Shown here one piece after another: positions 12,314-27,071 of a stretch of 64,000 nt of DNA; within the stretch, counting starts at the first letter, position 1; each line of letters begins with the position of its first letter. Origin of the DNA: the human T2T-CHM13v2.0 reference genome, Homo sapiens; the NCBI RefSeq assembly GCF_009914755.1, contig NC_060926.1. One strand, given 5' to 3'. The translations under genes were made by a program, and so were the position numbers. A model generated the notes under the pieces. It did no database searches. It had not been told where the DNA came from and saw nothing but the letters and a program-made list of their open reading frames with translations.

Positions 12314-13382
12314 TATCGGGGGTCCTGCCCCGATAATCACGTAGGTTCTTTTCTATTTTCCTAAGCGTCGACTGGCTTGAGAAATAAAAGGACAGAGTAC
12401 AAAAGAGAGAAATTTTAAAGCTGGGCGTCCAGGGGAGATATCACACATAGGTAGGATCCGTGATGCCCCACAAGCCACAAAAACCAGCAAGTTTTTATTA
12501 GGGAGTTTCAAAAGGGGAGGGAGTATACGAATAGGTGTGGGTGACAGACATCAAGTACTTAACAGGGTAATAGAATATCACAAGGCAAGTGGAGACAGGG
12601 CGAGATCACAGGACCACAGGACCAAAGTGAAATTAAAATTGCTAATGAAGTTTTGGCACCATTGTCATTGATAACATCTTATCAGGACACAGGGTTTTGA
12701 GATCAACCAGTCTGACCAAAGTTTATTAGGCGGGAATTTCCTCTTCCTAATAAGCCTGGGAGCGCTATGGGAGACTGGAGTTTATTTCACCTCTGCAATC
12801 TCGACCATAAGAGACAGGTACGCCCTGGGGGGGCCAGTTCAGAGACCTACCCCTAGGTGCGCATTCTCTTTCTCAGGGACGTTCCATGCTGAGAAAAGGA
12901 ATTCAGCGATATTTCTCCCATTTGATTTTGAAAGAAGAGAAATATGGCTCTGTTCTGCCGGGCTCACCAGGCGGTCAGAGTTTAAGGTTATCTCTCTTAT
13001 TCCCTGAACAATTGCTGTTATCCTGTTCTTTTTTCAGGGTGCCCACATTTCATATTGCTCAAACACACATGCTGTACAATTTGTGTAGTTAACGCAATTA
13101 TTACAGGGTCCTGAGACGATATACATCCTTCTCGGCTGACAGGATTAAGAGATTAAAGCAAAGACAGGCATAGGAAATCACAAGGGTATTGATTGGGGAA
13201 GTGATAAGTGTCCATGAAATCTTTACAATTTATGTTTAGAGATTGCAGTAAAGACAGGCATAAGAAATTACAAAGTATTAATTTGGGGAACTAATAAATG
13301 TCCATAAAATCTTCGCAATCCACATTCTTCTGCCATGGCTTCAGCCGGTCCCTCCGTTTGGGGTCCCTGACTTCCCGCAACA
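12314..13382 (-). mobile_element. MER11 (HERV-K11/HML-8) solo LTR, full length, probably MER11C
   Basis: Minus strand begins TGTTGCGGGAAGTCAGGGACCCC and ends CCCCCGATA; 1069 bp; perfect 6-bp TSD CAGATA (12308-12313, 13383-13388), the size expected for betaretroviral integration. Confidence 0.93.
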
Positions 13383-14197
13383 CAGATAATCTGTTTTTTT
13401 TCCCCAATTGCTGGTAGCAATGAACATCTTTTGCAATTTTCTAATGACATTGGGATTTCTTCTGTAAAGAAACTAGTCATCCTTTTTATTCGTATGCTTT
13501 GTTCATTTTGCCATTGAATATTTTTGCCTTACTTTTATCTATTCATAGATCTTCATGTATTCTGGTGATAAATTATTTGTCTGTTATATACATTGTCAAG
13601 GATTTTCTCTGAGGTTATTACATGTGTGTGGTAATTTGATCGATATACAAAAAGATATTTTAAAAGAATTTAACTGTTGAAGTAAAGTCTATCTTAGCCT
13701 TTATGGCTTTTTTGGTTTATACATTGTTAAAACAATCTCCCCCAAGTATAGCACATTTTATGTGCCCCAGAAATATTTGTTAAATGATTTAGGCTTGAGT
13801 TGAACAAAATTGATGTTTTGCTTGTTTGTTTGATTTTTAGTAAAGTCAATGGTCTCTCCGGGCCATAACCATGAACAGAATACCAGAATCAGATATCTTT
13901 CCTTATGAAAAGGGGCTTTGTTTGTATACATGGAACAAAAATAAAATTATTAGCTTGACAGTTAAAATTAAAGTTTTAAGTAAATCTATTAATGTGATTA
14001 TATTACAGTAATTCTTGAATTGTATCTTGAATTGTATTCATGAAATAGAACTAATAAGCAGACGGTATAAATATTATTTGTTGAATATTACAAAAATATT
14101 GAATTGAAGATGGGTAGACCATTGCATCCTCATCAACTTTGATTAGCATTTCAACAATTATTTTGAATAATTATGTTCTCAAAATAATTTTATCATA

Positions 14198-14388
14198 ATG
14201 AAATCTGGATAGTTTCCAACTATTTCTAAAGTGAATAGAACTTAAGTTCTAGCATATATGTACACATATGTGTATACATACACACACACTATATATATAT
14301 TTATGCATATGTATATATATATATACACACACACTAGAACTTAAGTTCTATTCACTTTAGAAATAGTTGGAAACTATCCAGATTTCAT
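14198..14388. repeat. Perfect 55-bp inverted repeat with 81-bp (TA/CA)n spacer
   Basis: 14198-14252 ATGAAATCTGGATAGTTTCCAACTATTTCTAAAGTGAATAGAACTTAAGTTCTAG is the exact reverse complement of 14334-14388. Confidence 0.95.
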
Positions 14389-14534
14389 ACATATACACAC
14401 TATATATATATATTTATACATATATATACACTAGATATCTATATACACTATATTTATATATGTATATATACACCCAGTAGAGAGATATATATATATATAT
14501 ATACACACACACAATATATATATAAATACATATA
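14253..14534. repeat. Complex (TA)n/(CA)n microsatellite, probably the expanded tail of the adjacent Alu
   Basis: Alternating TATA/CACA runs lead directly into the antisense Alu, which has no normal poly-T. Confidence 0.85.
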
Positions 14535-14815
<281 letters not shown>

Positions 14816-15502
14816 CTAGTATATGTTGATTCACAGAATAAGTACTACCTTCTAGGGTTCAGATACCATGATCATTTATATATCTTGCTTCTGATTCTCC
14901 TTCAAAGAAAACATGGATACCTCTAGTCTAATCATTTTTTTTTGTATATGCAACCAATACAATAGTCTGAAATTTTATATTAATAAATTCTACCCCAATT
15001 GGATTGGATGGGTCCTTATTACTTTCCATTACCCTAAACCTGCTGAATTAGTCAAGGTAGGAAATTACAAAATTTTTCAAATTGGTACAAATGATCAAGA
15101 ACACTTATGAAAAATGCATGGATTTTTGGTCAGTAGTTGGCTGAGTTTTTGTTTGATGTAGGAGTACTACGTCTGAATTAAATATTATTCAAGTACATAC
15201 GGAGGCTTTATTATAACTCCTTTCATCTTTCAACCTACTCTTCAGAGTACCTCAGTTTTACTAGTTAAATCTAAGGTAACTAAAATTGAATAGCTTAAAA
15301 TTATATGAGTAATTACACTAAATTTCAATTCTAATTTCTTAACAAAATTGAAGAGATCACTCTGACACTTAGTAGCAGTCATTTATATAATGTTATTGGT
15401 GTAGGTGTTTACACATTGCAGATTTCTTATCTCTCATACTCTCAGCTAAGTCCCCCAAATTAGATACTCTGGTGGATTGCATTTGTTTGGATTTATACTC
15501 AT

Positions 15503-15931
15503 TGTCTTAGTCTGATTGTGTTGCTATAAAGGAATACCTGATGATGAGTAATTTAAAAAGAAAAAAGGTTTATTTGGCTCACAGCTCTGCAGGCTGTACA
15601 AGAAGCATGGCATCAGAATCTGCCTGGCTTCTGATAAGGGGCTCAGGCTGCTTCCACTCACGGTGGAAGGTAAAGGGGAGCCAGCATGTTCAGAGATCTT
15701 GTAGGGAAAGAAAGGAAGCAAGAGTGAGGGAGATGGGAAGTGCCAGTTTCCTTTTAACAACTAGCTCTCAGGGAAACTAATTGAGTGAGAACTCAGTCAT
15801 TACTGCAAGGATGGCACCAAGCCATTCATGAGGGACATACCTTCCTTCACTTCCCATTAGGCCCCTACTTCCAACATTGGGGATCATATTTCAGTATGAG
15901 GTTTGGAGTGTCAAATATCCAAACTATAGTA
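15503..15931 (-). mobile_element. MSTB-like MaLR solo LTR
   Basis: TGTCTTAGTCTG..GCTATAAAGGAATACCTGA..GCAGGCTGTACAAGAAGCATGGC..ATATCCAAACTATAGTA; perfect 5-bp TSD CTCAT. Confidence 0.88.
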
Positions 15932-16926
15932 CTCATCTTTGCCTGGATTCCAATGTTGAAACACACTCTTCTTTGCCTAAATTCCTATGTTATACTCATT
16001 TTTTGGCTATTTTAAATATAATTTGAGTTCACATCTGGAATGACCCAGCTACATATACTCTTAGGAAAGTGATGCAAGAATGGCTTAAAGAATTAAGAAA
16101 CCCAGTCTTTTCTCTACCAAATAATAATATAAGATGGATAAATTTCTCAGATATGCTAAATTGTCCCTTTAAAATAGTCACTTATAAAAACAAAACAAAC
16201 AAACAAACATACCACAAACTTTTTTACAGGACATTAAACTCTCAATGACAGATTATCTCAGGACCCTAATAATTTACATTCCCTTGGTAGCCGTTCTTCC
16301 TCAGGATATTAATACAAATTATCTAGAAAATAAAAATTCTATACTTATTAGATATCTTTATCAACTGGAATTATGAGTTTGAGAGCATTGCAGTAAATCT
16401 TCAATAGGGAAGAATGCTAGACAATGGATCCAAGCTGGGATGAAAAGTTGCATCAGGGAGGCAGGGCTAGGGCTTTAAAAACAGAAGGGGAAACAATTTC
16501 TGAAATAAGAAGTTTATTTAACAAATAAGCCTTCTGCCTGATTTTATCAGAAGCACTATTAATGTGGAATTCTTGATGCCTAAAGGCTGGTGCATAACTG
16601 CCTTGCTATGAAATATCTGGTGTGAAAGGTCTACTTAAGACACATACACACACGTATACATGATTCGTTAACACATCCTCAGTGTGGTAGGTACTAATTG
16701 TATATTAATTGCCTAAAAATGTTTATGTTTTAATTACAGGAAACATTCACCAAAATTAAATGATTGTTATATTTTACAAATTGATTTAACTGGAGTTTCA
16801 AAATAATGAAAGACTTATTGTTGGTTACTTCAGTTCAGCAAGTGAATTGTAAATTACATATAATATTTGCACACTGAATTAAGATATATTCTAAGCACTC
16901 AGGGACACTGATAAAATGTATCAAAC

Positions 16927-17176
<250 letters not shown>

Positions 17177-17577
17177 TCAAACAGTTAAATGTTTATAATT
17201 TATATCGTTGAAAATAAGATAAATGAAGTTAGAATGATACTATTATTATTACTGAAAGGTGTTGTGTCAGAATTGTCATTAGTAAGTGAGCTGTATTATG
17301 CCATTTTAACTTTCTAATTGTTTTGTTTTATAAACTTTGCACATTCTTAGTGTAACATCTGTCGTTAACAAAAACAGAGCAATACATTTGAAAATTGTGA
17401 TCAACTAGGAATTTTGTACAACTTAAAAATTTAGAAAATTCTGTCATTTTAGCATGATTTAATTATGTTTTCAACAAAAATTTTTTATTAAAATTAAGGA
17501 ATATAGATTACAAGTTCCTAAGTTTTCAATTTTTCAAAGTGAACACAAAATCAAATATAACTAAATATAAAACTAGC

Positions 17578-17932
17578 TGTCTCAGTCCATTTTCTTTTGC
17601 TGTAACACAATACCCGAGAGTGGGTAAATTATAAAGAAATGAAGTTTATTTAGCTCAGGGTTATGGAGATTATGGGAAGTCCAAAAGCATAGTGTTGGCC
17701 TCTGTTGAGGGCCTTCTTGCTGCATCATAGCATGGCAGAGGGCAAGGGAATGCTCGTCAGCTCAGGTCTCTTTTCTTCTTCTTTTGCCCCAAGTCCCAGT
17801 GTGGGGGTCTTACCCTGATGACTTTATCTAATCATAGTTACCTCCCAAAGGCCCCCCTCCAATCAGCATATAAATTTGTGGATTAATTTTCCAACACATG
17901 AAATTTGGGTGACACATTTAACACATTCAGCC
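17578..17932 (-). mobile_element. MaLR LTR (MSTD/MLT1A-like)
   Basis: TGTCTCAGTCCATTTT..GCTGTAACACAATACC..GAGGGCCTTCTTGCTGCATCAT..TTACCTCCCAAAGGCCCC. Confidence 0.8.
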
Positions 17933-17993
17933 TTTGCCTATGTTATATAAACAACAGTGAAAGGAATGGAGCTTTGACTTGAAAATACAGGTG

Positions 17994-18323
<330 letters not shown>

Positions 18324-18724
18324 TTATGAGGAAGAGCTTAGACATTTGTACAGATTGAGAAGATAAGAAAATAGATACAATTTTAAATTCTAGATCAATA
18401 AGCTTTCCAGAAAATGTTGTATTTGGAATTGATTTTTAGTGAAGTAAGCTACAAATTGAGTAATATCTAGAAATATTCAAAGGCTAGATGTTAATCTTTT
18501 AGCGATGTTCTAGTGAGAATTGAATAAGAAGCTGGATTTGATTTCTTATCCAAACTTTCTAACTCTAAAATTCTACCATCATAGAAACTTATATATCAAT
18601 GAATAAAATCACATTATATTTTTTCTAATAGACTATATTAAAATGGAAAGAAAATGGATTTCGACTCAGCACGAGAATCTTCTAATAAAAAGCTTTTCAA
18701 CCATGGGACAGGAATCTTTGAAAG

Positions 18725-18856
18725 AAGGCAGCTATACATCCCTGTTTCCCTGGGACTCCTGGTTTATGCTTGTTTCTGGAGATAATGATATATAGCTCCT
18801 CCATTCACTCACCACAGTGTCCTGATTTTTGAACAATAAATTACATAGTCATTCTA
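18725..18856 (-). mobile_element. MER81-like hAT DNA transposon fossil
   Basis: Aligns by eye to recalled antisense MER81: ...CCTGGTTTATGCTTGTT...CCATTCACTC..AGTGTCCTGATTTTTGAACAATAAATTACATAGTCATTCTA. Confidence 0.6.
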
Positions 18857-19481
18857 CTTATAAGGCATTGAGCACACTGACCCTGGAGGTAACTCTCTCT
18901 AGAATGGACTAAGTGGACTGTCAAGGATAACAATCATTCTGACATTGAACAGGACATAGACTCTTATTCATCCAGATTCTTGTCCTACCAAAATCTAAAA
19001 AAAAAAAAAATTATATAAGTCATTTAGGCTTTTGCAGACTATCAGTTTGTAGATAACTGCTCTACCTCAATAAATTTCTTGATACACAAGACAAATGCCT
19101 TTCTTTAAAATACTACCCAAAAAGAGGTAATTAATTAAAAATACGCTATCTCTTTGGAGATAAAATTATATCACTGAGTTTTGAAATTTTTTTGGAAATG
19201 TATTTGCTCTCATTTTCTTATTAATTTGTGTGATTGATTATCCCTGGCTTTATGATAATAAGAAGTCAAGTTCTAAATGGAATACTAATGTTTCTAAGTT
19301 TAAAGTTTGTGATACCTCAAAGTATCTGCAAACATTTCTACAGGAATTTAAATATTCCAAAACGCCTTAAAAAACTTAATGAATATTACAATGCAATTTA
19401 GTTCATGATATACCATTAGAAAGAAGGAAGGAGTGATGAATTAGTAATTTCACAGATTAAACCACAGGATGTGGTAGCTTA

Positions 19482-19864
<383 letters not shown>

Positions 19865-19927
19865 TCATGGAATCACCCAATGGTTAAACATGGTTGTACA
19901 TGCCTCTACATTTTGTCTGTATTTTAA

Positions 19928-19972
19928 GTATACACACGCGCGCGCACACACACGCACACACATATATATACA
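19928..19972. repeat. Alternating purine-pyrimidine microsatellite with (CG)4 core
   Basis: GTATACACACGCGCGCGCACACACACGCACACACATATATATACA. Confidence 0.85.
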
Positions 19973-20418
19973 AATATATATACACACATATGTATACAGA
20001 GAGCATATGATAATCATCCAATGAACTGGTAAGTAAAGACTAATTGAATATTCATTGTACTGGTAAAGTTCAAAATGAAGGCTAAATAGAGCTATTTCTT
20101 TTCACCACAGTTTTTGTTTACTTAAGTGCAAGTGAGGTACATTAAGAAAATAAAAACTCAACGGAAACCACACATAACCCACGTTAATTGTTTATATTTA
20201 AACTTATCTGTGTAAAGTATGGGGAAATTAAGAAAATAGAATAGGAATCTGAGAAGTTAAAAGTACATAAAATAAATGTATGCGGACATTTGAACAACAG
20301 GAGCTTTTGTTTCACATTTAAAAGCATAGGGAAAATGAATACTAATACATAATTCAAACAAATGAGTATACAAATTACTGAACAATTCTATAGTGAATGT
20401 TACTGGAAGAATTGGCTA

Positions 20419-20795
<377 letters not shown>

Positions 20796-22594
20796 TTATT
20801 CTAAAAATATCAGTTAAATTGAGCATTAGTTGAACAATAAGCATTATATCGAACTAGAAATATTACTCTTTTCATTCAGTAACATATTTTGATTTATTTT
20901 GTTTGTAGTAGTTATTTTTTCATCATTTTTATATACAGTAATTTAAACTTTCACTTCATAAAAAATGTAATCTTATTTGACTTCTTAGTTATAGCAGACA
21001 TAAAAGAAAAACTAGAAACACTAAGTGCTGACATATATATACATATCCCTATATATTATGTATATTATGCATATATATATCCCTCATATATCATGAGTCC
21101 TAATTTTGAGTAACTTATGTAATAACAGACTATTATTTCTATGGATACTGTGGATCTGACTCTTAAAAAATGGACATTTTTAAGGGTAGCTATTTACCAA
21201 GATGAGGTTTTTCTCTGCCAAATGATTAAGTGTACAATCAGAACATATTTATCCTTTAAAGTTAAAGTTAATGGCTTACCAATCTAGAATCTGCACCTTT
21301 AACAATGAAAATATAATTTCTTCATTGTCAAGGGAGAATAAGGAAACTTGGAAGTCAGTATTAAAGAGCAAAAGAACCACCTCCTAAGACATTACATTTA
21401 CTAAGTTCTATTTTCTTCCATTATGCTTTCCCATGTTTAGAGTCCTTATGTATTATTAACATGGAAGTAAACAGAGAAAGTAAGCAATTAATTGATGGGC
21501 TTCTTATCAGCCTTCTGAGTATAAATTCAGTAGGGATGTTGCCCAGAAATGTTTATTTTTGTTAGGGGCTACATTGTGCTCACAGAAGTCTTTTTTTCCA
21601 CTGCTGTCAGTAAAGTAGTAAAGGGTGGTGGCTGTGTGGGAAAAATTTCCAATGCATGATGTACATGAACAATAGCATAAAAGTTGTGTTTTATTGTAGA
21701 GTCACTGATGTCCTCCATGACTGACCTTCTCCATTCTCACAGTCCCAGGCCTTCTTAATCATCTTTCAGGGATCACTCTAGCCTGCCTTACGCATGGACC
21801 AGAAAGGCTGAAGAAGGCTCTTTCTTTTTTCTACTTTCAGATGCCATCTTATTCTGGTATTGACAGCCAGATCTTTCTCTGTATAAACCTAATCATCCAA
21901 AATGCTAATTGACAATGAACTTTATCCCAAATCAGACTCCTAGGGACAGTAACATTGAAAAGATCTTCTTTTCACCTTGTAGTAACTTTTCCAATAAGAA
22001 TTACTTGATATTCAGATTTTTTATTTTCTCTGGTATTTATTGGCCTCATTCTGGAAAATCCTCAAATATAGGTGGGAAAGGCAATACACAGGAACCATCT
22101 TGGGAAATGTGTTAGCAACTGGCATCACAAGGGTACTTTGCTGAGTTGCCCAGGAAAATGGAAAGATGAGAGGGGATACAAGGATCTGCAGTAGGCAGTT
22201 AAGGGAAAGTAGAACAGGGAGGAGTAGAGGTACAGGAGGAAAAAAAGACCATGGTGTTGTAATTCAGGGGTCAGCCTGGCTACATCATGATGGACACTAA
22301 AACTAGATGAACTAAGATTTGGAACAATAGTAGCTGTCTTTCACAGGTGGAGCTTTGGTCATGTGACTCATGGTCTTTCTTTCTCCTATCCTATAATCTT
22401 TGTCAAGTGATCCCTATATTCCCGTAGCTGCTTTCAATGAATTGCATTCTACCATCTTTTAAAAATGCAATTTATTTGAATATAACCAATAACTGCTATT
22501 CCTTTTCATCCCTTTGTCTGTAAATTAAGACTTTAACAGAAAAAAAATTTAACTTTTTTGATCAAGCATGTATTAATACAGAAATAAAGTCATA

Positions 22595-22780
22595 ATTCAA
22601 TACTAGCAATGTAACCTTGGGCAAATTACCTAATATCTTTACACTCTAGTTTCTACCTCTGCAAAGTAGGGATTTTAATATTTACCACAGAGAACATTTG
22701 TGAGTATTAATGAAATAAAGTATGTAAAGATATTGAAACTGTATCTGAGACACACTAAAGACTTACTGAATTGTAAATAA
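22595..22780 (+). mobile_element. MIR SINE remnant
   Basis: ACTAGCAATGTAACCTTGGGCAAATTACCTAA...TAGTTTCTACCTCTGCAAAGTAGGGAT. Confidence 0.7.
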
Positions 22781-23204
22781 TATATTAAAAATATCTGGAG
22801 AAAATAAGGAAGCACTGGCTAAGGATCAAATATTTGATATATGTGTGTATATTGTATTATGTTTAAAAGCCATTATTTAAAATGTCATTAAGTAACATAT
22901 ATGTTACATTTTTGTGCATAATAAAATGACACATTCATTTATATAAGCATATATTTCTGGATTTCTTTAAGGTGATGTTTCTTAACCTGGGGCAGGGATA
23001 ACAAACTGAAAATCTGATAAAGTCTGTGAAATTATTCCTAGGTATATACATATTTGCCCAACTTGATTTACACAAATTTGGCATTCATGGAAGCTTTGGT
23101 TCCCATTTATGGAATTCACAGGAGTCTAAGACCAAAGGCCTAGGATTCTAAAGGCAAGAAAGTAACTTGGAAATTTTGAGTTTGAGTTTACTTTCTAAAA
23201 TATG

Positions 23205-23236
<32 letters not shown>

Positions 23237-23739
23237 GGTATTCTGGGATACTGACCTAACCTCACAGGCATTAAATATTTTCATTTAAATTGGCAGTTGT
23301 AAAGGATTATTTCTAATTCCAACTTCACCTTCTATATTCTTATGAAATAACTAGCTTCTCCAATCCTTTTGAAATACAAGACCATTTTCTCCCACTTGAT
23401 CATGCTGGTATGAGTGGGATGATTTAGCAGCACTCACTAAAGAGGTGCATCTTCCTCTGACTCTGGCCTTTTAAATTGGGACATGGCACTAGGAGCAAGA
23501 GCCAAAAGTAGAAAAGACAAGAGGCTTGCTCACAGAGACTAAAAGGACAATTGAATAAGGATGTAACTGTAAACTACATATCAGTGGCAGCCTTGGTTTG
23601 AAGGCGTCTGACTCAGAGTGGGAAACAGCTTTTAAGTGTGTTAATATCATTTTGTTTATATTTGACTTTTAGTCCTTTGTATTTTTAATCCCTGACTCTG
23701 TCTTCAAAACTAGTGGTAGTCAGGTTGTGTTGTTTGTCT

Positions 23740-24409
23740 TGGTTCTAGTTTTCTCTTACTATATAACAAATTACCCCAAAACTTAGTGGCTTAAAATAAC
23801 ATTTTATTATATGGCAGGATTCTGTGGGTAAGGAGCTTAGGCTGGACTCGACTGGATGATTTCTCTCCCGAAGCCATTGACTAAAGTCCCTCAGTGGTAT
23901 TCAGCTGGCAAATGGGCTGTTCTGCAGGATCCAAGATGGCTTTACTTACATGTCTGGCATTTTGATGTGACGGCTGGAAGACTTGGCTGACCTAGAATGG
24001 TCAACTGAAATGTTTATCTGTGACTTCTCCAGAATAGTAATCTCGGGGTACTCAGATAACTTTAAAGGAACCTGGCTTCCCCTAGAGCAAATGTTTCAAG
24101 GGGCCTACACAGGAGCACAAGAATTCTTTTGAGCTCATCTCAGAAATTCTAAAATGACTCAGATTCAAGGAGATGGATTATAAACGCCATGTTTCAAAGG
24201 AAGGAGTAGCAGCTGAGCATAATGACTTCTGCCTGTCATCCTAGATACTTGAGAGGCTGAGGCAGGAGGATTCCCGGAGCTCAGGAGCTTGAGGCTACAG
24301 TGAGCTGTAATTGTGCCATTGCACCTCACTGCCTAGTGAGATCCTGTCTTTAAAAAATAAAAAAGGAGAGGAGTAGCAAAGTATTTGTGTCCATCTTTAA
24401 CCTACCACA
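23740..24409 (-). mobile_element. Old MLT1 (H/I-like) MaLR LTR interrupted by an Alu monomer
   Basis: TAACAAATTACCCCAAAACTTAGTGGCTTAAAATAAC; GGATCCAAGATGGCTTTACTTACATGTCTGGC; ends CCATCTTTAACCTACCACA. Confidence 0.75.
24211..24363 (+). mobile_element. FAM/FRAM-type Alu monomer
   Basis: Single right-arm-like monomer with A-tail; TSD AAAGGAAGGAGTAGC / AAAGGAGAGGAGTAGC. Confidence 0.8.
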
Positions 24410-26651
24410 GTTTTTCCCCCTAAACTTTGAGTAAAGAGGGTTGAGTTCTCAGTTTATTGCACATTAACATTTTGGTCCCTAAATAGCTTATTTATTTGTT
24501 TGCTTTATCCCCCATTATAGACAACTATTGCATTTTGTTTAATATGTATATTTTATTTGAATGTTTTACTGAAAAATGTGTATTGTTTGGGGTTGATTTA
24601 TTTTGGATTAGCATGAATGGCATTGAGTTATGTATCTTACTACTCTTCTTTTTATCATACAACTTTATGTGGTTAAAATTAATTCCTTGTTTCTAAGTGT
24701 GCATCTTTGTGTTGCAAAGTCCTCAGTAGTGGGAATCCACTGCATTTTAACTATTCACCCTTCCAGTGATAGTTACCCAGAGTATCTCCAACTTCCTGTT
24801 ACCATTAGTTTCAACAAATAACATCAATAATTGTCTGTGTTCAGGCACTATTCTAGGTAAAAGCAGCATACGTATTCTTATGGACATATGTCCATAAGAA
24901 TGGGGAAGGAGGATTTCTTTCTATGAGCAAAAGTTCTGAGTCATAGAAGTTTGTCAGACGGTTTTGCAGCATCCCAGCAAGTATTATCTCCCAGGTGCCA
25001 ATTAACTTTGTCCATGGTGTTTATTTTATTAAACAAGATTCATTTTAAAAAATTTTAAATACCCATCCTATTTTGGATATATAATACATTCACATGATTC
25101 CAAAGTAAAAACAATATAGCAAGGTCAACATTTAGAAATCTTAGTCCCATCCTATCTCTACCTACTCCACTCTTTTCCCACACCTTGTATTCATTTCTTC
25201 TCTATTGTTCCAATGAGAATTCCTCGATTTTGTTGAAATTGATTTTTTTTTGTCTTTTGGTTTATGCTCTTGAATTTTTTTTAGAACATATTTTTAGGGT
25301 TTTTAAATTATTTTAACATTTTGGTTCTTCGTCTTTTTATTATTTTATTGTCTTTAATAGTCTCAATTAAGTCTTGTTTCTAATAATTTTAAAATTACAT
25401 GCAAAGGGTATAATTTTGTTTTATTATTTTTTACTAGATAAAATCTCAACTTTGTCCACTGGAGGATATTCAGCAATACAACATGTGATGATTTCGTATA
25501 TTTATATTGTGATATATTTAACTTACTAATTTTGAGAAGCTTCTTGTGAATTAGTTGGCAAATGCTACCTCCACATCTTTTATGAAGCTTTGGTCCATGG
25601 GGATAGGGTAGGTTGATTTGCATGAGGAGTCCATGGTTTTCCTGAAAAGAAGGAATCATTTCTCTCCAAGTTTCAGGTTTAAAGTGTTAAATTAGGGTAG
25701 CTACAAGGAAAGTAGGTTGCAGAGAAAATAGGGAGAACCAGTGAGCCAGTCTTGCCTCTAAATCAGAAAAGTGGAAATAGAAAGAGTGGTCCTGGTGCAC
25801 AGAGCAAAAGATGAGGTCACTGATTATAACTGAGAGCCTCCAGGACCAGATGCTCACCGGCAGGAGTGTGGTTGCTTGGCACCAGCCAGTGAGTCTATTT
25901 ATAATAGGTGGAAATTCTTCTGCCTCACCACAGTGGTCTGGAGATGGTCCTGAGAAGCTCCAGAAGTAGTATGTGTTTTTCAGTGAAGAGACGCAACCTT
26001 ATTTGTAAGATGTCTCACCCTGTTAATAAGTTTGCCTTGTTTTCTTTTGTTTGTTCATGGGAGACCCAGCCTTCATTCTTCCCTGAGCTCTGCATGCAGT
26101 GGCACTGTTTCACTGTAGCTGGAATCTCTATCATCTCATCTCCATGAGGCCAAACCTTGGGGCATCCTAGTTCCCTGTGTGAGTGGCTCAGTGAGAAAGT
26201 AAAAAAAAAAAATGCTTCATATTAGAGAGCCGGGGCCAGTTTGAACAGGAACATCCTTATCCCTGAACCTAAACCTATGCCTAAAAAATGATGAGGCCCT
26301 CCTCACAGGAGAGGAAAATACCACCTGTTTTCATGGTCATCCCAAACAGAAAACTTTGCTTCTGTTCTCAATGTGAAATGATTATTCAAAGCCATCTTAA
26401 GCTCTGTTACCAGAATTCTCCACCACTTCCACATTAAAGGAACTAGATCGGGTTCCTCCAGATTAAGGCCCTCAAATACACTAGAGTATGTTAAGGTAAA
26501 TGAGGTGAGGCCTTGGAATGGCATAGATCTTGCTACTACTGCTACTGGGGTACTACAATCTCGGAACTGAGTTATATCATTTGTACTTGTACTTTTTACT
26601 TATATTAATCATGTGTCCCCCTAATTATAGGTATTTAGATTTTTCTTTTAA

Positions 26652-26792
26652 CCTTTTTTCTTTTTTTAAATTTTAATTATTGTGGATACATAATAATTGT
26701 ATACTTTGATGGGGTACGTGTGATGCTTTAGTATAGTCATATAATGTATGTCACAAACAAGAGTAATTGAGGCATCCATCACCTCATGCATT
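26652..26792 (-). mobile_element. L1MA-type 3' end fragment
   Basis: GGATACATAATAATTGTATA..ATGGGGTACGTGTGATG..GTAATTGAGGCATCCATCACCTCA. Confidence 0.7.
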
Positions 26793-26937
26793 GTAACTCA
26801 TTTTTAAAACTAGATACTTTTATTTAATTATATATAATCAAGCATGTATTTCATTTTTTAATTTTACTCTTTCAATATGGTATATAACTAGCTTAGGCAT
26901 ATAGAGATCAGCTGTGAGGGTAACTCATTCACTAATT

Positions 26938-27071
26938 CTGGGTTCTCACATTAGCAAAATGAGCACCACTTGGGAACTTATTAGACCCACACTCCGAGGG
27001 CGGGGCCCAGGAAGCTGTGTTTAATAAGCCCACCAGGTGATTCTACATGCTCTAAATTTGGAGAACCACTG
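26938..27071. mobile_element. MER5A hAT-Charlie fossil (second MER5-like piece at about 27140-27220)
   Basis: GGGGCCCAGGAAGCTGTGTTTAATAAGCCCACCAGGTGATTCT...TTTGGAGAACCACTG. Confidence 0.7.

Noticed and set aside
13149-13320. About 90-bp diverged direct repeat
   Set aside because: Intrinsic part of the MER11 LTR
25680-26560. More GC-balanced stretch with ORFs 25908-26147 and 26303-26524
   Set aside because: No recognisable protein or convincing exon; probably an old repeat I cannot name, needs a Dfam search
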